64,000 bases of DNA from an uncultured Planctomycetota bacterium (lineage in GTDB: Bacteria > Planctomycetota > Planctomycetia > Gemmatales > Gemmataceae), in NCBI GenBank assembly GCA_963849325.1, contig CAWKHF010000012.1, positions 32,001 to 96,000 on the forward strand. The letters run 5' to 3'. The notes under the pieces were generated by a model, which had not been told where the DNA came from, did no database searches, and worked only from the letters and a program-made list of their open reading frames with translations. This document shows, one piece after another, positions 1 to 10,586 of the stretch. Every line of letters starts with the position of its first letter. Position 1 is the first letter of the stretch. The position numbers were made by a program, and so were the translations under genes.

Positions 1-38
1 ACCCGATTGCTCCACTGGAGATGGCGAATGGCACTCAT
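1..38 (-). CDS. 5' end of a gene running off the window (MSAIRHLQWSNR...)
   Basis: ATG at 38 (minus) preceded by an AGGAGG-like RBS; only 12 codons visible. Confidence 0.45.
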   Translation of the reverse strand, partial: MSAIRHLQWSNR

Positions 39-377
39 CGTTGAGCTTCCTCCTGGAAAGGACTGCCCGGAGCCGTCTGCGAAATCGAAGACAAAATGGT
101 AGTCTGTTTAATCCGCCCCTGTCCCGCTCGATGCCCGACGGGACGAACGAGCGGAGCGATTGCAGACATTATCTCGAACCGGGCGGCGCAAGGGCAAGAA
201 AAATGTGTCACGGGTGACAGCCATAGGACAGCGAGATGCTATTTCGCCGCCGGGCGGCGTCGATGCCGCAGCAGGAGAAGAGCGGCGACAACGATCAGCC
301 CAACCAGGATGGAGAGTGCCATCGTCCACGGAAACTCCCAGCGGACGTTCTCTGTGCGCGCGGGAGTAGCCATCTCT

Positions 378-2548
378 TCACCCGAGGGTTCGAACCTTGT
401 CTACCTGCGTTCGATTCTCTTTCGGAAGAGTCTGGAAGGAGAGCAAGCGTATCGCTGTCCCGCCGCCGGAGGTGTCGCGCCGAAGACCCCGCTCTCCGCC
501 GAGCGCGAACAGGGCCCTTTGCAGCAAACGACCGTGCGGTGAGTCGAACGCCTGCTCCGAGTCGCGGCGCAATTCCGACCGCGCCTTCTCCAGCGTCGGC
601 TGACACAGCCAGGTGAAATCGACGCCATCCTGGTCGATGTCGGCCTTGACGGCGAGGACGACCACGTGCTCCAGGCCGAGCGTCCGATCGACCACCTTGG
701 CCCTCGGGCTGGTGAAGACCTCGCCCGGCCCAATACGGTTGTCAATGCGATCGGAGCGCGGGAAGAAGGCGCTAATGCCGTGGCCGCTGTCGATGTACAG
801 GATCGTCGCCCACACGGCGACCTGGCCCTGGTTACGGATGCGGACGGCGAACTGCTCGCCCGTCGTGAGCCGAAGCCCTTCGCCGGTCCACGGGACGCGC
901 ACCGCGTTCTCGGCACGGGCAGGGAGGTCCGGGGGGAAGCGAACCAACTCGACCGTAAGCTGTAAGGTGTCGCCGCCCTCGTCCTGTAGCGCCGCAGCCA
1001 GGCGGAGGAGGTTCCGTGCGCGGGCGATCCGTGTCAGATGGTCGTCGAGCCATCCGGGCAACTCCCCGTCGATGGCTACCGGCCCGACAACGCGCGGTGT
1101 CGTCGCGTCGTCGCGACGAGACGGCCCCATTGGTATGAGCGTGACCTGGTTCGCCTCGCTGTGAATCACCCACTCGGCCCGATCGGGAGTCGTCAGCTCG
1201 ATCAGCTTTCCCTCCGTCTTTTTGCTTAACGGATCCACCGCGCGATGCACGGCGTCCGGTGCGTTGCTGTCGAGCACCACGGGCATTTGAAGCGAGCCAT
1301 ACGAGAGGTAGACCGGCTGGCAGCGCCCCTCGTCGGGCAGTGTACGGTCCTCGGCGAGCGTCCCGTAGGCGACAGGACGCACCTTCGCATCGAGCACGCG
1401 GGCGTCGATAACTTCGACATGGCCAACGACCCGATCTTCGCTTGCTCCGGCCGGTGGGCGAACTTCCAGGATGGTGCCGGGGTTGAAACCGTGCAGGGAG
1501 CCGGCGTTGAGGAAGTACCCGCCGCTGCGCTTGCGCAACACGAACCGGGAGCGACCCGGCCACTGGCGCTCGCCGAGGAATTCTCGGTCGCGGTCCTTGC
1601 CCTCCACCAGCGGCAGCGAGTAACAGGTGCGCGTCCGCACTCGGGCGTGGATACGCTGGACCACTTCCGTATAGGTCAACGGATGGACGCTCTGGGTCAG
1701 CACCTGCGCCAGCGCGTAGGTGAAGACGCCGTGCTTCTTCCGGCCGGGACTGTCCCGGTCGGGGGCCAGTCTTCGTAAGCGGACTCGGACGACTGGGCCG
1801 CGTACAGGGCGGCCAGGTCCGGCTCCTCGCCGGCCATCTTCCAGGGCCGATGGGACTCTTCGCCGCGCATTCGCGCTGCTCCTCGCGCCGCGCGCTCACG
1901 GGCCTGGACAATCGCCTCCGCCGGAATGAACTTTTCGATAGGGATTCCGCGGGGGAGGGCGTCCTCGTGGTCCCGTACAAGGGTGGCGGCATGGCAGGCA
2001 TCGACGAGGACTACGAGCGAGGCCCCACGAGCGCGGATGGCCTTCAGCCAGACAGCGATCTCCTTGTCGGTAATGGCGTTGACAACCTTCTTGCCCGCGC
2101 CGTCCCAGCCCTGGACGTCGGCCGGAAGGAAGATTTCATCGAGACCATCCGGTTCGGGATGTTCGGGATCGTCGGAGTCCGCGCAGGGCTGCTGACTGCC
2201 GTGGCCGGCCAGGAAGATGACCACCTTGTCGCCCGGCCCGGCGATACGAGCCAGCCCCCGGAACTCGCGTTCGATGTGGGCCCGCGTCGGCCGGTTCGCC
2301 TCGTCCTTGTCCCCCTCTTCCTCGCTCAGAATCTTGACGTTGTCGGGCGGGAACGCGAATTTCTCGCCCGTCAGCAGTTCGCGCATCAGTAGAGCATCAT
2401 TTCCACAGCCCTCCAGATGGAAGCGCGGTCCCAGCTCGGGGTAGCGCGTGCAGCCGATCAGCAGGGCGCGGCGGACCCCCGCGCCGACGACGCGCGGCGG
2501 GAGCGACGCCAGCATCAGTACGCTCAGGAGCAACACTACTCGGCGCAT
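378..2548 (-). CDS. Caspase-family (peptidase C14) protein with signal peptide and C-terminal DUF4384-like domain; one frameshift near 1760
   Basis: RRALLIG start, FLAGHGSQ and LVDACH catalytic His/Cys motifs, DGLDEIFLPAD; ORFs 1697-2548 and 378-1703 join through KHGVFTYALAQVL. Confidence 0.85.
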
Positions 2549-2786
2549 GGCTCCTCCCTCTCTGGAAAGGGACGAACTCTTGTCAGCGGGAATTGCACGT
2601 CGTTAACGCGGTCGCTCGATCCAGTCTACAATAGGTTTCCTCTTAACCAACCCCAAATAGTCCGAGGAGAATGGTTTCCTGTCCCTCGGGAGGAACGGTG
2701 CATGAACTCCCGATCCGCCCTGCTCGGCTTGGTGCGACTGTTCGGCATCGTTTCGTGCGGCCGGAAGGCGGCGGGTCGTTGGGGGT

Positions 2787-2987
2787 GTGGAAACGGCGGG
2801 ACAGGAGCACGTTGTCTTGATCGATGTTCGGGTGAAGTCGGAAGAGCAGCCGATGGATTTCCGCTGTCTGGGGCAGCCCAGCATCGCCAGGGAGCGCGCG
2901 GCGGACAGGAGCAAGCGTTCCGCGCTTGACTCCCCGTTGGGGCAGTTGCTCCAGCACGCGCTCTACACCGCGAAGGGAAAGTGTTGA
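2787..2987 (+). pseudogene. Fragment paralogous to the C-terminal domain of the adjacent caspase gene
   Basis: TAGQEHVVLIDV..MDFRCLGQPS..ALDSPLGQLLQHALY aligns with TLGLEHVVVLAV..VDFTWLCQPT..AFDSPHGRLLQRALF. Confidence 0.7.
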
Positions 2988-5139
2988 TGAATCGCTTGCT
3001 GATCCGTGGCCTGCTCTCGTGCGTTACCCTCCCGGGTGCGGCGCTGGGACTGACCGCCGAAACGCCGGACCTGGCCCGCCAGGAACCGAACACCTGGGTC
3101 AAACGCAGCCCCCTGGCCGACACGCCGCCGTCGCCGCGGCTGGGCTACGAGTCTTCGCTGGGCTACGACCCGAAGGCAAAGGTCTTGATCCGCTGGGGAG
3201 GGCACAACCAGGGCGGCGGCGGCGAGCAGAACGCCGAGACCTGGACCTTCGACCCGCTCACCGCCCGCTGGACTTTGAAGGAGACCAACGATGCGCCGCC
3301 CGGCGTCTGTTGCGCCAGCAGAACGTCTTTGATCGGTCGCGCAACCGCTTCGTGCGCTTCCCCGCCTTCAGCGGCAGTCACGGTTGGCAGTGGTTCCGCG
3401 AGATCTACCTGAAGAATTCGTCGGTCTGGTCCTACGACCTCGCCTCCAGCACCTGGCGCGATCTGCGGCCGCTGCCCGAGCCGCAGCTCCGTCCCCTGCG
3501 CTGCGCCGACTGGGACAGCGACCACGAGGTCATGGTCGTTTTCGGCGGCGAGGGCAGCCAGGAGGGAACGCTGGTGTACGATCCCTACGCGAACACCTGG
3601 ACGAAACGGCAGGCGCCCGATCCGCCGCCCTTCCGCAGCGGCGGCAACCTGGCCTACGACGCCGCCCACCAGATGCACGTCCTCTTCGGCTCGCAGTTCA
3701 ACAACGACCGGCACACCTGGGGCTACGACCTCGTGAGCAATCGCTGGCGCGATCTGAAACCGGCAATGCAGCCGCCCACGGATCGCAACGACGCCGTACT
3801 CGCCTACGATCGAGTCAACGGCGTCGTGCTCGCGGTCGTCAAGGTGACGGAGGGCGAGGGCGAGAAGGCCCGGCATCGCCTGGAAACATGGGTCTACGAT
3901 GCCGGCCGCAACCGCTGGACCAAGATGGACCCGCCGCGCGAGCCGGACGCCAGCGGCAACCGAGCGCGTCTGATGACCTTCCTCCCCGACCGCAACCTCG
4001 CCGTCCTGGAGACGCGCACGCATCCGCCGCAAGGCCCGGCCGAACAACAAATCTGGACGTACCGCTTCGCCCAGCCCAAACGAGACACCAACGCTCCTCC
4101 CGCGCCGCCGAGCGATCTCCGTCTCACCACGGACAAGGACGGCGCCGAGCTGAGCTGGAAAGCCAGTCCCTCGGCGAACGTCGCGCGGTACGTCGTTTAC
4201 CGCGGAGAGGGGACCGCTCCGTGGGAGGTGACTTACCGCGAGGTCGGCCGCGTCGGCGCGAAGGAGCGGTCGTTCCACGACACCGGCCTGCGGACGGGGC
4301 AGGTCTCCTTCTACACGGTTCGATCCGCCGACGCCGAGGGCCGGCTCGGGCCGCAAAGTGCCAGGGTCCGCACCCAGCCGCGCGTCGTCGAGGAGGCCGT
4401 CGTCTCCGTCCTGTCCGCCCGCGAGGTCGAGCTGACGTGGACGCCTCCGGGCGGCGAGGATGTCGTCGGCTATCACGTCGAGCGGGCGGCGGTGGAGGTC
4501 TGGTCGGAAGACCAACTTCCGCGCCTGAAGAAACGGATGACGCCGGCCGCCGAGCCGGCGGTCGGATCGCTCCGCCGCATCGGAGCCTTCCGGCGCATCA
4601 GTACCGAATTGGTCAAGGAGCCGCGTTTCCGGGACGAGGTTGACCTGGGTAAGCCGCAGGCGATCGAGGGCGAGCCGCTGTGGCAGCGTCGCTTCGCCGC
4701 CGAGCAACTCGACGTCAAGGGCAAGCCCTACCCTCGGGCCGTGTTCGCCTATCGTCTGCGGGCCGTCAATCGGCTGGGCGTGGAGAGCGGACCATCGCCC
4801 TACTTCCTGACCCTCCCGTCCGCCCCGCAGTGGTTGTTCTCGCGCGAACGGGGAACACAATGTCAGCTGAAGTGGGCGCGCAACCCCGAGAAGGGGTTGA
4901 AGGGCTACCGCGTCTACCGGCTCGATGGCCGCTTCGACGCCCAGCCGGTGTCGCGGCTCACGCCGGAGCTGATCGCGGATCGGACCTTCATCGACGAGGC
5001 GGCGGGCAAGACCGCTCGTCGCTATCACGTCGTCGCCGTGGACGCGCTGGGCCAGGAAGGACTGCCCTCGGCCCCGGTCTGGTTCGAGCGCGAGTGGAAG
5101 TCGTTCTACCGGCCTTTCGTCGGCGAGTGGCACCAGTAG
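2987..5139 (+). CDS. Secreted Kelch-repeat / fibronectin type III protein; frameshift near 3317
   Basis: Signal peptide, repeated YD...FGG...TW.YD...W Kelch blades, FN3 motifs (PAPPSDL..LSW..Y.VYR). Confidence 0.8.
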
Positions 5140-5238
5140 CCTGTCCGCGAGACAGGCGAGACCCAGAAAGAACACAGGGAAGCGGCCGGCAGACCGTTGG
5201 CCTCCGGTCACTCCCCTGTGGATAGGCGTGGGAGCCGG

Positions 5239-5665
5239 TCAGAACGGCTGGCCCGCGGGCATCCGCTGGAACACGGAGCTACTTGTGGTCGAGGGGATCG
5301 GTTGGGGCTGGAACATCGAAGGACTCGTGGCGCCCGAGGAGAGATTGGGGCTGGTCATGGTCGCGCCCGGGGTGAGGGCGGGGCTGATCGTCTCCTGCCC
5401 GCTCATGCCGGGGTGATACTTGGCGAAGGAGTCCTGCGGGACCACGTCTGATCCCTGCGACTTGCGGTTAAAGAGACCGCGGAGACGGGGGAAGAGTCGC
5501 GGGCGACTCTCCTCGCCGGCGCGGCGTATTCCGGCGTCGCGTAGCGGGAGGCGGTCACGGACCCGTAGCCGGAGGAGGACACCGGGTAGGAACGGGTATC
5601 GATGACCGGCATGGGGTCGGCGCCGGGGCGCAGGTCGTCATCAGGAGCAAAGCCAGCGTGTTCAT
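5239..5665 (-). CDS. Small secreted low-complexity hypothetical protein (frameshifted)
   Basis: MNTLALLLMTTCA start with RBS; continues through ORFs 5403-5612 and 5239-5445. Confidence 0.45.
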
Positions 5666-6354
5666 GGGTCGTTCATCCTTGAGAGAAACAGTTGTCCCGG
5701 AACGGAAACCGGAGCGGAGGCCGACCCGGCAGACCGTCCCATCATCCTGCATGTCCCGTGGGGAGGAAGTTCATCCGAACGAGCCTCCGTCGCTTGGGGG
5801 CGGGACTTGGATTTACCCATCGACCAAATCCACTGCCTCGCATCAGGCGGCGTCTCTTGCGGAAGAGGGTTGCTGCACGCAACGGTCGGGACCGGCGAGT
5901 AAAGCTTGTTTTACCGATTATGCCGGCGCGTCCGTTTCGCCAGGAGAGCAGAGGAGGAGCGGACAGCGGAAGCGTCGGGAGCGGCTGGGACAAAAAAGTT
6001 CAACCAGACCCTTGACAGCAGCATCCGACCGGAGGTAGAAGAAGGGTAGAGTCATTCGGACATGGAACAAGGCCACGAACCAAGGAGGCGAGCCATCGAA
6101 ACTCCACCGACGAGAGAATACCGGAACTCGTAGGCTCTTGGATTTCGGCTTCTACGGTGTTGGATGGACAAGATCTCCACGGCGTTACGGCCGTGGCCGC
6201 ATTGAAGAGTAACGACCGATCCGATGGCCGCGGCGAGTTCCGGTCGGTCCTCCGAGACAGCAGCCCGCAGCCCCGAACGCAACTCGTCCGGCGCTGCGGG
6301 CTGTTGTTGTTCCCTCTCCGGTCCCAGCGCGTTTGATGGGACAAAGGCAGCGCG

Positions 6355-6882
6355 ATGGAAACGAGAGTGCCGGTTGTGCTGATCGTGCTGGTGGAGGCGG
6401 CGCGGCTGCGCTGGTCGGTCGCGGCCGTCCGCATGGACGGGGCCATTGCTCCGTTGCTGCGTTCGGAAGAGGGCGACCTGGCCACCTACCAGGGACTCGA
6501 CTTCGATGATCAAGTGTCCTTTCTGCGGCACCGATTCTGTGGCGTCGTCCAGCGCGGATGCGACCGCCTCTGGCCGGTGGGACAGAAAGCGTGCCAGTTC
6601 GTCTTTCTGTTTGACGAACTCCTCCCCGGTGCGGCGGCGGAGCTGACCCAGCGCGTGGCGGAACATTTCGCCGAATGGATGCTGAGTCCCCCGGTAGTCG
6701 TCTACGTCCGCGAGGGTGGCTTCACCGACGCCGGGCTGCGCCGGCTGGCCGGCACGATCGATCGGCCGATCGAGGACGCCCTGCGCGCCGGACTCGCCCC
6801 GTTGTCTACCGCGATGGCCGACTCGGCCGCCTGGGAAGTGTCGCACCGCAAAGGAACGTGGCAACCCCCATCGAATGGATGA
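6355..6882 (+). CDS. Hypothetical protein
   Basis: 175-aa ORF with protein-like composition; no family recognised. Confidence 0.55.
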   Translation: METRVPVVLIVLVEAARLRWSVAAVRMDGAIAPLLRSEEGDLATYQGLDFDDQVSFLRHRFCGVVQRGCDRLWPVGQKACQFVFLFDELLPGAAAELTQRVAEHFAEWMLSPPVVVYVREGGFTDAGLRRLAGTIDRPIEDALRAGLAPLSTAMADSAAWEVSHRKGTWQPPSNG

Positions 6883-6938
6883 TTGAGGGATGGCGAACGG
6901 CCGGCGTAAGCCGGCTGGTAGGGCCCAAACCAGCCGGC

Positions 6939-7448
6939 TTACGCCGGCCGTTCGCCCAGTGTACGGTCCAGGCGAGCGAGCAGCGTCTCCCTGGTTCCTT
7001 GTCCGCTGCTGTGTCCCTCCGGCTGTGCCAGGTAGTCGCGCACGTCGGCGAGCAATCGACGCCGCTCCGCGAGCGATTCGTACTGTTCCGAGGCCTGACG
7101 CAAGACGGCGAGCAGTTCGTCGGGATCCCACGGCTTGGTCAGATAGCGGTAAATCTCGACGCGGTTGATGGCATCGACCACCGCCTTGAGGTCGGCATAG
7201 CCGGTGAAGACAATGCGGATGGCCTCGGGACATTCCTGCCGTGCTTGGCCGAGCAGTTCGACGCCGGTCATCCCCGGCATACGCTGGTCGGTCATGATGA
7301 CGTGGACGGGATGCCGCCGCAGCAGGTCGAGCGCGTCCGCTCCGCTCGGGGCGACGTGGACCTCGAAGTCGCGGCGGAGCAGCGCTTGCAGCGAGAACAG
7401 GATGTCCGCCTCGTCGTCCACTACCAGAATCGGATGCTTGCGGTCCAT
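6939..7448 (-). CDS. Response regulator (receiver domain with short C-terminal tail)
   Basis: ILVVDDE, MTDQRMPGMTG, FTGY and YLTKPW motifs. Confidence 0.92.
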   Translation of the reverse strand: MDRKHPILVVDDEADILFSLQALLRRDFEVHVAPSGADALDLLRRHPVHVIMTDQRMPGMTGVELLGQARQECPEAIRIVFTGYADLKAVVDAINRVEIYRYLTKPWDPDELLAVLRQASEQYESLAERRRLLADVRDYLAQPEGHSSGQGTRETLLARLDRTLGERPA

Positions 7449-7524
7449 CGGACCCTCCCCGCTCATCCCCCTGCGATGAGGCCGCTTCGAGCTTCTGTCC
7501 GACCGAGTTTATTCTATGGAGTGC

Positions 7525-7600
7525 CCAATGCCTCCGAGCCGGAAGCGTAAGCGAAGAACGGCAATCTTCTTCGCTTACGCTTCCGGCTCGGAGGCATTGG
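7525..7600. repeat. REP-like palindrome family A, copy 1
   Basis: Perfect 34-bp arms containing GAGCCGGAAGCGTAAGCGAAG / CTTCGCTTACGCTTCCGGCTC. Confidence 0.9.
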
Positions 7601-7724
7601 ATATTCGCATCGACGCTTCGCGGAATCTCCTTTGTCTCTCGCGCCCGGGACGGTAGGATGAGGATATGGATCTCGCTTGCCTTCCGTCCGAGACGAATGC
7701 GGCTTCACCCCCACGACCCTGCCG

Positions 7725-9980
7725 ATGAAACCTCACGCTCTGCTCTCCATCTTGGGCCTTGCCGTTTTCACTGCTGTCCCCGGCGCTGCGGAGGTGCCCG
7801 CGCCTCGTCCGGTGGATTTCACCCGAGAGATCCAGCCGATCCTGACTCGCTCCTGCCTGTCCTGCCACGGCAGCCGCAAGCAGCGGGGCGGACTGCGCCT
7901 GGATCAGGCCCGCGCCGCCCGGCGCGGCGGCGACAGCGGTCCCGTTCTCAAACCCGGCGACGCCGGCCATAGCCGTCTGATGTCGCTGGTGTCCGGACTC
8001 GACCCCGAATTGAAGATGCCGCCCGCCGGCAAACCGCCGTTGACGGCGGCGGAAATGGGCCTGCTCCGTGCCTGGATCGATCAGGGGGCGAAATGGTCCA
8101 GTACGGAGACGGCCCTCGCCGAGCCGGAGAAATCGAGCCACTGGGCCTTTCAGCCGATCCAACGTCCACCTCTGCCTCCGGTGAAGGACCGCGCCTGGCC
8201 TCGTAACGACCTCGACGTGTTCGTGCTGGCCCGGCTGGAGAAGGAGCATCTCACTCCCGCTCCCGAGGCCGATCGTCCGACCCTGTTGCGCCGGCTCAGC
8301 CTCGATCTGCTGGGCCTGCCGCCGTCGCCGCAAGAGATCGACGCCTTCGAGCGCGACCCGAGTCCCGATGCCTACGAGAAGGTCGTCGAGCGCTTGCTGG
8401 CCAGTCCGCACTACGGCGAACGCTGGGGCCGACACTGGCTCGACCTGGCCCGCTACGCCGACAGCGACGGCTACGAGAAGGACACCGGCCGACCCTGGGC
8501 CTGGCGCTATCGCCAGTGGGTTCTCGACGCGCTCAACCGCGACCTGCCCTACGACCGTTTCGTGATCGAGCAGTTGGCCGGCGACCTGTTGCCTGGCGCC
8601 ACGATCGAGCAGAAAGTGGCGACCGGCTTCCATCGCAACACACTCACCAACAAGGAAGGCGGCGTCGATCGCGAGCAGTTCCGCGTCGAGCAGGTGGTCG
8701 ATCGCGTCAACACGACGTCTCGCGCCTTCCTTGGCCTGACCCTCGGCTGCGCCCAGTGTCACGATCACAAGTACGACCCGCTGTCGCAGCGCGAGTATTA
8801 CCGCTTCTTCGCCTTCTTCAACAGCGACGTGGAGTCCGACATTTCCGCCCCGTTGCCCAGAGAGGAGGTCGCGGCCGGCGACGGCAAGGCGAAGACGAAG
8901 ACAATGGCGCAGACCTTGGCCCTCGGTTCACTGCGTCGGACGCACGTCCTGATTCGCGGCGATTTCTTGCGTCCGGGAGTGGAAGTCCGTCCCGGCACGC
9001 CGGCGGTCTTGCCGCCGCTGCGGCCCGACGACGGACGCACGCCGGCGCCCAATCGACTCGACCTGGCGCACTGGATCGTCCACCCGGACAATCCGCTGAC
9101 GGCCCGCGTACTGGTCAACTGGGTCTGGCACAAGTATTTTGGCCGAGGCATCGTACCGACCCTGGAAGACTTCGGCACGCAGGGCGAGCGCCCCTCGCAT
9201 CCCGAGCTTCTCGACCATCTGGCCGGCGAGTTCCTGCGCCGCGGCTGGAGCCTCAAGGCGCTGCATCGCTCCATCGTCCGGTCGGCGACGTATCGGCAAT
9301 CGTCGCGGGTGACGGCCGATCTCCTGCGGCGCGATCCGCTCAACGTCCTGCTGGCTCGGCAGGTCCGGCTGCGGCTGGAAGCGGAGACGGTGCGCGACGT
9401 GACCCTGGCCGCGAGCGGCCTGCTGACGCGCCGCCTCGGTGGGCCAAGCGTGCGGCCGCCGCAACCTCCCGGCATCTCCGAGTTGACCTACGCCGGCAGT
9501 GCCCGCTGGGTCGAGAGCAAGGGGTCCGACCGCTATCGCCGTGGACTGTACGTCTGGTTCCAGCGGACCAGCCCGTATCCCATGCTGATGACGTTCGACG
9601 CCCCCGACTCGAACGTCTGCTGCGTCCGCCGCGAGCGCTCCAACACACCGTTGCAGGCGCTGACGCTGCTCAACGATACCGTCTTCGTCGAGTGCGCCCG
9701 AGCGCTGGGGCGAAGGATCGCGGCGCAACCCGGCGATACGGCGAAGCGCATCCGCCAGGCGTTTCGGCTATGCCTGACGCGGGAGCCGACGGCGAGCGAG
9801 CAGGCACGGCTGGTGCGGCTGTTTGAGGAGCTGAGGACGTTATGCCGGGACAACCCCAAGGAGGCGGCTCGCCTGCTGGGCGGTGAGGGGACGGCCCTGC
9901 TTGATGCGAGCGAAACGGCGGCGTGGGTGGCGCTGGCGCGGACCTTGCTGAACCTGGACGAGTTCGTGACGAGGGAGTAA
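7725..9980 (+). CDS. Planctomycete cytochrome c / DUF1549 / DUF1553 (PSD1) protein
   Basis: CLSCHG, HWAFQP, YGERWGRHWLDLARYAD, CAQCHDHKYDP, NTPLQAL motifs. Confidence 0.93.
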   Translation: MKPHALLSILGLAVFTAVPGAAEVPAPRPVDFTREIQPILTRSCLSCHGSRKQRGGLRLDQARAARRGGDSGPVLKPGDAGHSRLMSLVSGLDPELKMPPAGKPPLTAAEMGLLRAWIDQGAKWSSTETALAEPEKSSHWAFQPIQRPPLPPVKDRAWPRNDLDVFVLARLEKEHLTPAPEADRPTLLRRLSLDLLGLPPSPQEIDAFERDPSPDAYEKVVERLLASPHYGERWGRHWLDLARYADSDGYEKDTGRPWAWRYRQWVLDALNRDLPYDRFVIEQLAGDLLPGATIEQKVATGFHRNTLTNKEGGVDREQFRVEQVVDRVNTTSRAFLGLTLGCAQCHDHKYDPLSQREYYRFFAFFNSDVESDISAPLPREEVAAGDGKAKTKTMAQTLALGSLRRTHVLIRGDFLRPGVEVRPGTPAVLPPLRPDDGRTPAPNRLDLAHWIVHPDNPLTARVLVNWVWHKYFGRGIVPTLEDFGTQGERPSHPELLDHLAGEFLRRGWSLKALHRSIVRSATYRQSSRVTADLLRRDPLNVLLARQVRLRLEAETVRDVTLAASGLLTRRLGGPSVRPPQPPGISELTYAGSARWVESKGSDRYRRGLYVWFQRTSPYPMLMTFDAPDSNVCCVRRERSNTPLQALTLLNDTVFVECARALGRRIAAQPGDTAKRIRQAFRLCLTREPTASEQARLVRLFEELRTLCRDNPKEAARLLGGEGTALLDASETAAWVALARTLLNLDEFVTRE

Positions 9981-9984
9981 CAAC

Positions 9985-10188
9985 ATGGCCGACAATGACT
10001 GGACCGAAATCGAAGAACGTTTTGAGCGCTTATCGTTCGAGGCCAAGCTGCGCGTCCTGGAGCGGTTAGTTCGCCGGCTGCGTCAAGGTTTCTTTGATTC
10101 GACGGCGTTTGAACGAAGTATGAGCGAGATGGCCGCGGATCCCGCCATGCAGCAAGAACTGGGTGGGGCACCTCGCCCCCAGCCTTGA
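9985..10188 (+). CDS. Putative antitoxin
   Basis: 67-aa ORF directly upstream of the MazF-type toxin. Confidence 0.6.
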   Translation: MADNDWTEIEERFERLSFEAKLRVLERLVRRLRQGFFDSTAFERSMSEMAADPAMQQELGGAPRPQP

Positions 10189-10211
10189 CGGGTTCCGTAG
10201 GGAGTCGGCGA

Positions 10212-10553
10212 ATGCGTCGAGGAGAGATTTACTTCGTGGACTTGAGTCCCGTTATCGGCCGAGAGCAAGCAGGCCGGCGTCCGGTGCTGATTCTGTCGAT
10301 CGATGCCATCAACCGAGTGCCGCTGGTCGTCACGGTGGTGCCCGGTACGGATGGCGCGAACATCCCCCGCGATTATCCGACCAATGTTCGCATTCCGGCG
10401 GCGGAGAGTGGTTTGCCTATGGAAACGATCTTTCTGTGCTTCCAGCTTCGTTCTCTCGATCACAGCCGTTTTCCTGCCCGGGCAGCGGGCCGACTCCCTC
10501 TTCTCCGACTACAAGAGATCGAAGATGTTGTTCGCTACTGCCTGGGACTGTGA
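10212..10553 (+). CDS. mazF: PemK/MazF family toxin
   Basis: MRRGEIYFVDLSPVIGREQAGRRPVLILS and QLRSLDHSRF motifs. Confidence 0.9.
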   Translation: MRRGEIYFVDLSPVIGREQAGRRPVLILSIDAINRVPLVVTVVPGTDGANIPRDYPTNVRIPAAESGLPMETIFLCFQLRSLDHSRFPARAAGRLPLLRLQEIEDVVRYCLGL

Positions 10554-10586
10554 GGAGATGTTTGTGAACATTCCCAAGAGGAAGCC

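Noticed and set aside
5700-6350. Possible ncRNA or small gene in a long intergenic region
   Set aside because: No recognisable RNA motif or convincing ORF
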